From positions 864,001 through 928,000 of the forward strand of contig CAWGMA010000001.1 in NCBI GenBank assembly GCA_963823555.1: a stretch of DNA of 64,000 bases, read 5' to 3'. Below, piece by piece: positions 42,920 to 52,536 of this stretch. The notes beneath the pieces are model-generated. The model was not told the origin of the DNA. It was given only the letters and a program-made list of their open reading frames with translations, and ran no database searches. The number at the start of each line of letters is the position of its first letter. Within the stretch, counting starts at the first letter, position 1. A program made the translations under genes and the position numbers. This DNA comes from Candidatus Eiseniibacteriota bacterium. GTDB taxonomy: Bacteria; Eisenbacteria; RBG-16-71-46; CAVPCR01.

Positions 42920-45900
42920 ATGATCCGCTGGCTGGCGCACCATCTCCTCCTGGCGCTCGCCGCTCTCGCCATCCTGGCCGGAGCTCTTCTGGCTGCTGCG
43001 GCCATCGTCCGCCGCACGGTCGGCAGCGCCGAGCTGGCGCGCACCGCGAGCGAGCTCCTGACCGAGCAGCTCGATCCGGCCACCACGCGCTTGCGCATCG
43101 CCGATATCTCCGGCAATCCGTTGACCGGGATCGTGCTCCACGAGGTCGCCCTCGAGGTGCGGCAAGCACCGGGCGGAGCCGCGGCGATCCCTGCGGTCGA
43201 TTCGCCATGGCAAGCGTTCCTCGCCACATCCGAAGTGCGGGTGAGCTATGCGCCGCTGGAGATTCTCCGCCGCCGGCCCCGGATCCGGGAGGTCCAGCTG
43301 GTCTCACCCACGATCGTCTTGCCCGCGGCAGGCGAGGCCTGGCCTGGACTCCGGAAGGGCCGGGGAGCGCCATCCCGCACGGACGGCCTCGGTCTTAGCA
43401 TCGATCATCTGGTGATGATCGATGCCACCCTCACCCGCGACTCGGTGCCGACCGCCGGGAACGAGGGTGCGACACCCGCGTCGGGCGGGACTCACGGCGG
43501 GCCAACGGTCCACTTCACTCTGGGGACCGGGTTCGAGATCGGCCGTGAGTTCGTGGCGGTCGACATCGACTCGCTTCGGGCCAGGCTCGCCGACCGCCCA
43601 CCGATCAACGCAGCGGGCCGCATCGAGGTGCGGGGATCGGGTGTCTACTTCGACCACCTCGAACTCCGCAGCGGGCTCTCCCACGCGCTGCTCGGCGGCG
43701 GGCTCGATGGCCTGCGGGGAGCTCGGGTGCGTGTCGAGCTCGACTCGCTGGTGTGGGCCGATCTGGAGGCCGCACTGAGCACGACGCTGTTTGGGCATCC
43801 AGGCTGGATTCGCGGCACCGTCACCCTGGACGGCGAGTGGGTGGACCTGCGCTATGCGTTCACCGGCGAGGCCAGAGTGGGCGAGGCCCGCCTCGATGGG
43901 CTCGCCATTTCCGGCGTCGCGGATCCGCGCGCCATCGCCATCGACAAACTCGCATTCAGGATCGATGAGGTGCCATTCAACGGTTCGGGAAGGATCGGAC
44001 TCGGCACGGAACGAGCACGGTCCGCCGCTCGTCTCTCCTTTGGCGAGGTCGATTTCAAGAACTTCCCGTTCCTCCGCGATCTGGCCTGGTTGCCTCGAGG
44101 CCGGCTTGCAGGAGCCGTGGACGTGGCGGGCGAGACGCGCGGGCCGGAAGGACCGCGCCGGCCGTTCACGCTCGACGTGGTTCGGGGCGAGGTTGCGGGA
44201 TTCGTGATCGCGCCGGGTCGGTTTCGTGGTGGACTTGGCCGTGACGGGGTCATCGATCTCGAGGAATATGCGGTGACCACGCGCGGCGCCGTGATCACCG
44301 GGAGCGGGCGCATCGATCCGCGAGGGGAGCTCGCACTCATCCAGGACCTAACCATCACCGATCTCGCAGCGCTGGGCGGGATGGTCGGGGAGAATCGCTT
44401 CGGTGGTCGGGGGATGCTGCATCTGACCCTCTCCGGTCCGGTGCGTGCGCCTGGCTTCGCGGCTGAAGGGGATCTCGACTCGCTCGCCGCCGGTCCTTTC
44501 CTCCTGCGTTCGGTCCAGGTTCACGTCGAGAACGGCACAGCGCGCCCGCAGTTCGCGTTCGACCTGGCGGCGACCGCCGGGCGCGGGAAGCTCGGCGGGC
44601 TCGGGCTCGACAGCCTTGCGGTCGACTTCAGCTACTCGAGCGGTGCCATCCAGGCTCGCCACTTCCAGATGGTGCGGGCCCAATCCGAGGTGCATGGCTC
44701 CGGCCATATCGAGTTCCTGGCCGGAGCCACCCTCTTCGATGCCGACACGGTGGGCCTCCGCATCGGCGATCTGCGCTTCACAGCGACCGAGCCGGTGCGG
44801 GCGGAACGTCGCGGCTCGCTGTGGGTGATCGATGATGTGGCCTTGGTGGGAGCCGGGGGAGAGCTCGGCGCCAGGGGTACCATCGACGCCGCCGGGCGCG
44901 ACACCGAGTTCACGCTGGAGGCTCATCGCCTGGACCTGGCTGCGTTCGGGGCCGCCTTGGGAGGTGGGGCGGCGCCGGCTGGCGTCCTCGATCTCCGTCT
45001 CGTGGCCGGCGGCGGCGGGCCGGATTTCAACCTGGACGTAGCCTTGAAGTCGGACTCGCTCCGGGTCGGAGCGTTCGCAGCCGCGGGGCTCTCGATCGCG
45101 GCCACCCTGACCCGGGATGCGATCCGTCTCGACCCGATCCGCTTCCACCGGGGCGGCCAGATCGAGGTGAACGGCGAAATCCGGCTTGCGACCGAGCTCA
45201 CCGGCTTTCGCAACCTGCCGCGGCTGTTTCAGAAGGCGACTCTCGCTCGCGCGTCCGTCGATCTCGCCGTGAGCGCACCCCAGCTCGATCTCGAGAGCTG
45301 GCACGGTCTCCATTCGACGATCGATCAATGCGCCGGGTCGATCGCCCTGAACGCCGAGATCACGGGCGCCATGTCCGCTCCGGACGGCACGCTCGAGATC
45401 CGAAGCGATCGTTTCGTGCTCGCCGGGCGCGCCTTTGCTCCGGCGGTGGCCAGCGCGCAGCTCATGAGCGGCCAGGTGGTCCTCTCCACCTCTCGCTTCG
45501 GGGTGGCCGAGATGCCGTTCAGCGTGCGCGGCGCGACCCCGCTCCATCTCCGTCTCGACGCCCCCCCGGCTCTCGATCGCGACGGGCCGATCGATCTCGT
45601 GGCCGACCTGGATGGCGCCAGCCTGGCGCTGGCGGCCTACCTGAGCCGGAGCATCGCCGAGGCGGAGGGCGTCATCGATGGCCAGATCCGCGTTGCCGGT
45701 TCGCTCAATGCCCCGTCCTTCTTCGGCACGGTGGTCATCAAGGACGGTCGAATCGTCATCGGCGGGCGGGAAGAAGCCATCGAGGATCTGACAGCGCGCC
45801 TCGAGCTCACCGGCCAGCGGATCGAGTTCGTCGATCTGGAGGCGACCGACGGGGCCCGGGGGCGCCTCCGCGCGACCGGCGTGCTCGATGTCACGGGAGC

Positions 45901-46843
45901 GCGACTGGCGGGATACGATATGAGCGTGCGCCTCCGGGAGTACGAAGTCGGGATGACGGGTGATTACCTTGCGACCATCGACGGTGCGCTCACCCTCCGC
46001 AAGGGAGAGGTGGCCGGACTCACCGGGCTTCCGGAGTATGGCGGGAGGATCTCGGTGCGCCGGCTCGATTACGTGCGGGAGGTGGTCGGCGGTCGCTCGG
46101 TGGGTGAGCCGGGACCTTCGAGCTGGATCGGGCGGTTCGAGATCGAGCTCCCGCGCAATGCATGGATCCGTAACAACGACCTCGAAGTGGAGCTCAAGGG
46201 AGAGCTCACGTACGAGCGCGACGTCGCCGGGCGCATCATTCTCGGCGACCTGGAGACGATCCGGGGGCGCTACGATCTGGTTGGACACACGTTCAGGATC
46301 ACGAGCGGGGAGATCCTGTTCACCGATCCCGAGGTGATCGATCCCGAGATCAATGTGAGCGCCGAGACTCGCATTCCGGAGGCCCGCATCTTCGCCACGA
46401 TTACCGGCCGGGCTTCCGATCGCCAGGTCACGCTGACCTCGGAGCCGGATTATGATCAGGCTACGCTGTGGCGATTCCTGGTGCCGACCGATGCCGAGCA
46501 GGTGACGAGCATGGCGTTGACCCCGTTCATGCGCGACCTCGAGCGGAGCTTGAGCCGGCAGATCCCGGGTCTCTCCGTCCGCGTCGAGGCACGGACCCTG
46601 GAGGAGGGCGCCGAGCCGACCTGGGGAGCGCGAGTGGGAACCTATGTGGCGCCCGAGCTCTTCCTCTCCGCCTATCAGGGATTCTCATCGGGATCAGCCC
46701 AGGACCTGTCGGTCGAGTACGAGCTGAGCCGGATCGCGTACCTCAAGGGCTCGGTGCTGCGCAGCGGTCTCACCGAGAGCCGCTCGAGCCAGGATGTGGA
46801 CCAGGACTACTCGATCGATCTGAACCTGCGCTGGGAGTTCTAG
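42920..46843 (+). CDS. tamB: TamB/DUF490 translocation-assembly protein
   Basis: N-terminal TM, long beta-repeat body, DUF490-like C-terminus ending DLNLRWEF; follows an Omp85 gene. Confidence 0.85.
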   Translation: MIRWLAHHLLLALAALAILAGALLAAAAIVRRTVGSAELARTASELLTEQLDPATTRLRIADISGNPLTGIVLHEVALEVRQAPGGAAAIPAVDSPWQAFLATSEVRVSYAPLEILRRRPRIREVQLVSPTIVLPAAGEAWPGLRKGRGAPSRTDGLGLSIDHLVMIDATLTRDSVPTAGNEGATPASGGTHGGPTVHFTLGTGFEIGREFVAVDIDSLRARLADRPPINAAGRIEVRGSGVYFDHLELRSGLSHALLGGGLDGLRGARVRVELDSLVWADLEAALSTTLFGHPGWIRGTVTLDGEWVDLRYAFTGEARVGEARLDGLAISGVADPRAIAIDKLAFRIDEVPFNGSGRIGLGTERARSAARLSFGEVDFKNFPFLRDLAWLPRGRLAGAVDVAGETRGPEGPRRPFTLDVVRGEVAGFVIAPGRFRGGLGRDGVIDLEEYAVTTRGAVITGSGRIDPRGELALIQDLTITDLAALGGMVGENRFGGRGMLHLTLSGPVRAPGFAAEGDLDSLAAGPFLLRSVQVHVENGTARPQFAFDLAATAGRGKLGGLGLDSLAVDFSYSSGAIQARHFQMVRAQSEVHGSGHIEFLAGATLFDADTVGLRIGDLRFTATEPVRAERRGSLWVIDDVALVGAGGELGARGTIDAAGRDTEFTLEAHRLDLAAFGAALGGGAAPAGVLDLRLVAGGGGPDFNLDVALKSDSLRVGAFAAAGLSIAATLTRDAIRLDPIRFHRGGQIEVNGEIRLATELTGFRNLPRLFQKATLARASVDLAVSAPQLDLESWHGLHSTIDQCAGSIALNAEITGAMSAPDGTLEIRSDRFVLAGRAFAPAVASAQLMSGQVVLSTSRFGVAEMPFSVRGATPLHLRLDAPPALDRDGPIDLVADLDGASLALAAYLSRSIAEAEGVIDGQIRVAGSLNAPSFFGTVVIKDGRIVIGGREEAIEDLTARLELTGQRIEFVDLEATDGARGRLRATGVLDVTGARLAGYDMSVRLREYEVGMTGDYLATIDGALTLRKGEVAGLTGLPEYGGRISVRRLDYVREVVGGRSVGEPGPSSWIGRFEIELPRNAWIRNNDLEVELKGELTYERDVAGRIILGDLETIRGRYDLVGHTFRITSGEILFTDPEVIDPEINVSAETRIPEARIFATITGRASDRQVTLTSEPDYDQATLWRFLVPTDAEQVTSMALTPFMRDLERSLSRQIPGLSVRVEARTLEEGAEPTWGARVGTYVAPELFLSAYQGFSSGSAQDLSVEYELSRIAYLKGSVLRSGLTESRSSQDVDQDYSIDLNLRWEF

Positions 46844-46906
46844 CTTCACCCGAGCCGGCCTGCTTCGGGCTTGATTCCGGGCGGTCCCGTTGACCAAACT
46901 CACCCC

Positions 46907-49216
46907 ATGCCGAATCCAAACGATCTCCTCGCTCGCCTGAACGACCGCCAGCGCGAGGCCGTGCTCCACGGGGACGGCCCCCTCCTCGTGCTGGCCGGTG
47001 CGGGGAGCGGGAAGACCCGCGTCCTCACCCACCGGGTCGCGCACCTCGTCCACGAGCGGGGGCTGGATCCCCGGCACATCCTCGCTTTCACCTTCACCAA
47101 CAAGGCGGCGCGCGAGATGAGAGAGCGGATCATCGCCCTGATCGGCGATGTCCCCGGCCTCTGGGTCGGCACCTTCCATGCCATCTGCCTGCGCATCCTG
47201 CGCGCTCATCCCGAGGCGGCGCACCGGACGGAGTCGTTCTCGATCTACGACGCCGATGATCAGATCGCGCTCACCAAGGCCTGCCTCAAGGCCGTGGAGC
47301 TCTCCGATCGCGAGTACCGCCCGCAAGTGGTGCACGCTCAGATCAGCCGCGCCAAGAACAACCTGGTCGATCACAGTGCCTTCGAGGCCAGTGCGGCCTC
47401 CATCTTCGAGCGCACCGTAGCCCGCCTGTATCGCGAGTACGACCGGCGCCTCGAGGCGGCCAATGCCTTCGATTTCGATGATCTGATCCTGCGCACGATC
47501 CAGCTCTTCCGCCGGGAGCCGGACATCCTCGCTCGTTATACGGCACGCTTCCGTCACGTTCTCGTCGACGAGTACCAGGACACCAACCACGCTCAGTATG
47601 TCCTGATCTCGCTCCTGGCCTCCGGGAGCCGGAACCTGGCCGTCGTCGGCGACGACGATCAGTCGATCTACGGCTGGCGCGGCGCCGACATCGGCAACAT
47701 CCTCTCCTTCGAGGAGACCTATCCCGACGCGCGCGTGATCCGGCTCGAGCAGAACTACCGTTCCACCAAGACCATTCTGCGGGCGGCGAACCACGTGGTG
47801 GCCCGCAATGTGGGCCGCAAGCCCAAGGAGCTGTGGACCGAGAACGAGGCCGGCGAGAAGATCCAGCTCTGGATGTTGCCGGACGAGGAGCGCGAAGCAG
47901 ACCGCATCATCGGCGAGATTCGCGGTCGGGTGCTGCGGGGGGAGTTCGGGTACCGCGACGCGGTCGTTCTCTATCGCACCCACGCCCAGTCGCGCCCGCT
48001 CGAGGCGGCGCTGCGCCGCAACGGTATCGCCTACGATCTCGTGGGTGGCATCTCGTTTTACGAGCGCAAGGAGGTCAAGGACATCCTGGCCTACCTGCGC
48101 ATCCTCGACAACCCCGGTGACGATGTGAGCATGGCCCGCATCGTCAACGTCCCCAAGCGCGGCATCGGTCCGACATCGGTTGAGCGCCTGACCTCCTTTG
48201 CGCGGCGCGAGGGACTGGGGCTCAGGGCGGCGGGAGCACGGCTGGGGGAGATCCCGGACCTGGGTTCGGCCGCGATCAAGCGGCTCGGCGAGTTCATCGC
48301 CCTCCTGGATCGGCTCGGGGCGAGTGCCGAGATGCCGGCGGCCGACCGCATCGTGGCTGTCATCGAGGCGGTCGGCTACCTGGACCACCTCGAAGAGGAA
48401 GATCCCGATACGGCCGGCGCGCGGCGGGAGAACCTGGACGAGCTGGTGGCCGCGGCCGCGCACTATGCCGAGGTGACGGGAGATCCGACGGTCGCCGGCT
48501 TCCTGGCCGAGGTGGCGCTGGTGGCCGCCGTGGATCGGATGAGTGAGGACGCGGAACGCGTGACGCTCATGACGGCCCATAACGCCAAGGGGCTCGAGTT
48601 TCCCCTGGTGTTCGTCGCTGGGCTCGAGCAGGGGCTGTTCCCGCATGCGTCGTCGTTCGATGACCCTCGCCAGCTCGAGGAGGAGCGGCGGCTCTTCTAT
48701 GTCGCGCTCACGCGCGCCGAGCGCCACGTCGTCCTGTCCGCGGCACGCGAGCGGCGGCGCATGGGCGGATACATGAGCGCCGAGATCTCGGACTTCATCC
48801 AGGAGATCCCGGCCGAGCTGATCGAGGTGAGCGACCTCTCCGCGGTCGAGGCCTCTCGTTCCTGGCGGGGCTCGGCCGCGGCCGGGCGCCGCGGTGGCGG
48901 GCGTCCCTGGGAACGCCGCGGCGAGGACGCCCCCGGGATGCCGCGGCGCTACCCGCCCGAGTCGCGCCCCGTGTCGGCACGTGGTGTCCTCCACCGCGAG
49001 CCCGCCGGCGAGGAGCGATCGGGGCGGGTCGTCGAGCCGGATCTCGACCAGGCGCTGACCCGCGTTGTCGGCGCGCGCGTGCACCACGCACAGTTCGGTG
49101 CAGGCGTCGTCGTCGGGCAGGAAGGTCATGGTCCCGAGGCCAGGCTCACCGTGCGCTTTGCCGGAGGGCTGACCAAGCGCGTGGTGGCACGATTCCTGAG
49201 CCTTGTGGCCCCGTGA
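46907..49216 (+). CDS. pcrA: UvrD/PcrA DNA helicase
   Basis: LAGAGSGKT, VDEYQD, GDDDQSIY.WRGA, KGLEF, EERRLFYVALTRA. Confidence 0.95.
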   Translation: MPNPNDLLARLNDRQREAVLHGDGPLLVLAGAGSGKTRVLTHRVAHLVHERGLDPRHILAFTFTNKAAREMRERIIALIGDVPGLWVGTFHAICLRILRAHPEAAHRTESFSIYDADDQIALTKACLKAVELSDREYRPQVVHAQISRAKNNLVDHSAFEASAASIFERTVARLYREYDRRLEAANAFDFDDLILRTIQLFRREPDILARYTARFRHVLVDEYQDTNHAQYVLISLLASGSRNLAVVGDDDQSIYGWRGADIGNILSFEETYPDARVIRLEQNYRSTKTILRAANHVVARNVGRKPKELWTENEAGEKIQLWMLPDEEREADRIIGEIRGRVLRGEFGYRDAVVLYRTHAQSRPLEAALRRNGIAYDLVGGISFYERKEVKDILAYLRILDNPGDDVSMARIVNVPKRGIGPTSVERLTSFARREGLGLRAAGARLGEIPDLGSAAIKRLGEFIALLDRLGASAEMPAADRIVAVIEAVGYLDHLEEEDPDTAGARRENLDELVAAAAHYAEVTGDPTVAGFLAEVALVAAVDRMSEDAERVTLMTAHNAKGLEFPLVFVAGLEQGLFPHASSFDDPRQLEEERRLFYVALTRAERHVVLSAARERRRMGGYMSAEISDFIQEIPAELIEVSDLSAVEASRSWRGSAAAGRRGGGRPWERRGEDAPGMPRRYPPESRPVSARGVLHREPAGEERSGRVVEPDLDQALTRVVGARVHHAQFGAGVVVGQEGHGPEARLTVRFAGGLTKRVVARFLSLVAP

Positions 49217-49500
49217 TGATCTCACGAGAAGAACTCGCCCAGGTTGCGCGCCTCGCCGGTCTCGATCTGAGTGTCGAGGAGCTGGAACGCCTTGCCCGAG
49301 ACCTCACCACCATCCTCGATTATGTGGCGCGTCTCGATGAGCTCGATCTCGGGGTGTCGCCCGCGGTGAGCCATGAAACCGAGCGCGCGACGCCGCTGCG
49401 CGCCGACCGGGTCGCACCAAAGGAAGCCAGGACGGCCGCGCTCATTCCGGTGCCCACCACCGCCGCCGGTCTCATCCGTGTGCCGAAGGTCCTCACCTGA
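49216..49500 (+). CDS. gatC: Asp/Glu-tRNA amidotransferase subunit C
   Basis: VARLAGL, ILDYV..L.ELD, LRAD, VPKV; precedes gatA. Confidence 0.9.
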   Translation: MISREELAQVARLAGLDLSVEELERLARDLTTILDYVARLDELDLGVSPAVSHETERATPLRADRVAPKEARTAALIPVPTTAAGLIRVPKVLT

Positions 49501-50957
49501 TGCCGGCCGACGGCGAACGCCTCACGGCGGCCGAGATCGCGGGCCAGGTCCGTGCCGGCGAAGTCCCGGCGCGCGACGTGGTTGAGGCGGCTTTGACACG
49601 GATCGAACATGGGGATCCAGTCCTCCATGCGTTCCTCCACGTGTCCGGCGCCGAGGCGCTGGCGGCGGCGGCGATGCTCGATGCGCGGCGTGCGCGCAGG
49701 GACACCGCAGACCCGGGGCCACTGGCCGGGGTTCCCGTCGCCCTCAAGGACAACCTCACCACGCTCGATGCTCCCACCACGTGTGCCTCGCGCCTGCTCG
49801 AGGGCTTCCGGCCGGCGTTCGACGCCACGGCCGTGTCCCGCCTGCGTGCCGCCGGAGCGGTCATCGTCGGCAAGACCAACATGGACGAGTTCGGGATGGG
49901 CTCCTCGGGCGAGAACTCCGCCTTCGGTCCGACGAGGAATCCGTGGGATCCGACGCGCGTGCCGGGGGGGTCTAGCTCCGGGTCGGCGGCCGCCGTCGCC
50001 GCCGGCATGGTCCCGCTCGCCCTCGGCTCCGACACCGGCGGTTCGGTGCGGCAGCCGGCGGCGCTGTGCGGTGTGTTCGGGCTCAAGCCGACATACGGTC
50101 GCGTATCGCGCTCGGGACTCGTTGCCTTCGCCTCCTCTCTCGATCAGGTGGGAGTCCTGGCGCGCACCGTCGATGATCTGGAGATCGCGCTCCGGGTGAT
50201 CGCCGCTCCCGATCCGGCCGATTCGACTTCACACCCCGACGCAGCTCGTTTCCCGGATCCGGAGCTCCGTGTTCCGGCGCGTCTCGGGGTGCCGTTCGCG
50301 GCCCTGGCCGAGGGCCTCGACCCCGACACGATCGAGGGGTTTGCGGCGACCCTCGAGCGCTTCCGCGCTGCCGGTGTGCGGATCGTCGAGATCGAGCTGC
50401 CGCATCCCGACCATGCGCTCGCGGTGTATGCCATCGTGGCCACGGCCGAGGCAGCAGCCAACCTCGCCCGCTACGACGGCGTGCGCTACGGGTGGCGCGC
50501 CGAGGAGTCGGCGAGCTTCGAGGCGCTGGTTCAAGTCACCCGCGGTCGAGGTTTCGGCTCCGAGGTGAAGAGGCGGATCATGCTCGGGACCTTCGTTCTC
50601 AGGGCGGGCTACGTGGATGCCTACTACGTGCGCGCGCAGAAGGCGCGCGCGCTCATCCAGCACGAGCTGACCGCCTGCTTCCACGAGGTGGATGCGATCT
50701 TGACGCCTACATCGCCCACGGTTGCGTTCCCCCTCGGCGAACGTGCCGGCGATCCCCTCGCCATGTACCTGAGCGATCTTTTCACGATCCCGGCGAACCT
50801 GGCTGGATTACCGGCGCTGAGCTTCCCGGCCGGGCGGGGAGTGGAGTCGGGGCTCCCGGTGGGGATGCAACTCATCGGTCCGCCACGTGCCGAGATCGCG
50901 CTGTGCGAGCTGGTGCGCCGGGTGGGGGCCGTGGCGGAGGCGCCTCCGCTCTCGTGA
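49500..50957 (+). CDS. gatA: Asp/Glu-tRNA amidotransferase subunit A
   Basis: ALKDN, GGSSSGSAAAV, GSDTGGSVRQPA, EVKRRIMLG. Confidence 0.96.
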   Translation: MPADGERLTAAEIAGQVRAGEVPARDVVEAALTRIEHGDPVLHAFLHVSGAEALAAAAMLDARRARRDTADPGPLAGVPVALKDNLTTLDAPTTCASRLLEGFRPAFDATAVSRLRAAGAVIVGKTNMDEFGMGSSGENSAFGPTRNPWDPTRVPGGSSSGSAAAVAAGMVPLALGSDTGGSVRQPAALCGVFGLKPTYGRVSRSGLVAFASSLDQVGVLARTVDDLEIALRVIAAPDPADSTSHPDAARFPDPELRVPARLGVPFAALAEGLDPDTIEGFAATLERFRAAGVRIVEIELPHPDHALAVYAIVATAEAAANLARYDGVRYGWRAEESASFEALVQVTRGRGFGSEVKRRIMLGTFVLRAGYVDAYYVRAQKARALIQHELTACFHEVDAILTPTSPTVAFPLGERAGDPLAMYLSDLFTIPANLAGLPALSFPAGRGVESGLPVGMQLIGPPRAEIALCELVRRVGAVAEAPPLS

Positions 50958-51017
50958 GTGATTGCCGATGAGGATGGTGGTTTCCAGGGCAGCCCGGATG
51001 GAGACGGGGATGGCGCC

Positions 51018-52508
51018 ATGAGCGACCAGATCGTGGAGCCCGTCGGTGGCTACGAGCCGGTGATCGGGCTCGAGGTGCATTGCCGGCTGCGCACGGATAC
51101 CAAGATCTTCTGCTCGTGTTCCACGGTGTTCGGGGCCGCGCCCAACACCCAGGTTTGCCCGGTCTGCCTCGGCCATCCGGGAGCGCTCCCGGTGCTCAAT
51201 GCCCGTGCCGTGGAGCTGGCTGTCCGCCTTGCGCTGGCCGTCGGAGCCGAGATCGCGACCGAATCGGTCTTCGCGCGTAAGAGCTACTTCTATCCCGATC
51301 TTCCGAAGGGCTACCAGATCTCGCAGTACGAGCAACCGCTCGCGGTCGGCGGTGCGGTGAGTTTCAGGAGCGGCGGCGCGGAGCAGGCGATGCGTCTCCA
51401 ACGCATCCATCTCGAGGAAGACGCCGGCCGCCTGGTCCACGACAACGACTCGAGCCCGGGCGGTGCAGCCAGCCTCGTCGATTTCAATCGCGCGGGTGTT
51501 CCCCTGATCGAAGTCGTGACCGAACCGCAAGCGATCACCCCGCGCGAGGCGGCGCGCTGTCTCGCCCGGCTGCGTCAGCTCGTGCGCTGGCTCGATGTGT
51601 CCGACGGCAACATGGAGGAGGGGAGCCTGCGCTGTGACGCCAACGTCTCGCTCCGGTCGCGCGGCGCGCCCGGGCTCGGGGTGAAGACCGAGATCAAGAA
51701 CTTGAATTCCTTCCGCCATGTGGAGCGCAGCCTGGGGTATGAAATCAGCCGTCAGGCCGAACTCCTCGGTCGCGGCGAGCGCCTGGATCTGGAGACCCGG
51801 CTGTGGGATGTCGACCGCGCGTGCACGGTCGTCATGCGGGTCAAGGAGGAGGCGCAGGACTATCGTTACTTTCCCGAACCCGACCTCCTCCCGCTCCGGA
51901 TCGACCGGGAATTCGTGGACTCGGCCCGGATCGTGCTGCCCGAGCTCCCCGGCGCAAAGGAAACGCGCTACATGACGCAGCTGGGCCTTTCGGAGTACGA
52001 TGCCCAGCTGCTTGCCGAGACCCCTGGTCTCGGAGACTATTTCGAGCGCGTCGCCGTCCGCCATGGTCAGACCAAGCGGGCGGCGAACTGGATTCTCACC
52101 GAGGTACGGGGATATCTGGCGGAACGTGGGATCGAGATCGAGGCCTTCCCGGTCGCGGCGGAGGACCTGGCCGAGCTCCTCGACCTGGTGGCCGCTGGCA
52201 AGCTCTCGGGGCGGCTCGCCAAGGAGGTGTTCGCCACGATGGTGGCTTCCGGGAAGTCCGCCGCCACGATCGTGGACGATCGCGGCCTGGAGCAGATCAC
52301 CGATGACGAGGAGATCCGGTCCCAAGTGCTGGATGTCCTCGCGGTGCATCCAGCCGAGGTCCGGGCCTACGGGGCCGGCCGGGCTAGCGTGTTTCGTTAT
52401 CTCATGGGCGAGATCATGAAGCGGACTCGAGGACGCGTTCATCCCGAACGGACGGCGGCGATCCTCGAATCCGAGCTCGCTCGCCGCCGCAAGGCGCAAG
52501 ACCCCTAG
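51018..52508 (+). CDS. gatB: Asp/Glu-tRNA amidotransferase subunit B
   Basis: IGLEVH, FYPDLPKGYQISQ, GSLRCDANVS, YRYFPEPDL. Confidence 0.97.
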   Translation: MSDQIVEPVGGYEPVIGLEVHCRLRTDTKIFCSCSTVFGAAPNTQVCPVCLGHPGALPVLNARAVELAVRLALAVGAEIATESVFARKSYFYPDLPKGYQISQYEQPLAVGGAVSFRSGGAEQAMRLQRIHLEEDAGRLVHDNDSSPGGAASLVDFNRAGVPLIEVVTEPQAITPREAARCLARLRQLVRWLDVSDGNMEEGSLRCDANVSLRSRGAPGLGVKTEIKNLNSFRHVERSLGYEISRQAELLGRGERLDLETRLWDVDRACTVVMRVKEEAQDYRYFPEPDLLPLRIDREFVDSARIVLPELPGAKETRYMTQLGLSEYDAQLLAETPGLGDYFERVAVRHGQTKRAANWILTEVRGYLAERGIEIEAFPVAAEDLAELLDLVAAGKLSGRLAKEVFATMVASGKSAATIVDDRGLEQITDDEEIRSQVLDVLAVHPAEVRAYGAGRASVFRYLMGEIMKRTRGRVHPERTAAILESELARRRKAQDP

Positions 52509-52536
52509 CGTGCGATCTCACGCCGTGAGCGAGGGT

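Noticed and set aside
49185..49200. Sigma54-like TGGCACGATTCCTGA before gatC
   Set aside because: Lacks the -12 GC dinucleotide and lies within pcrA coding sequence
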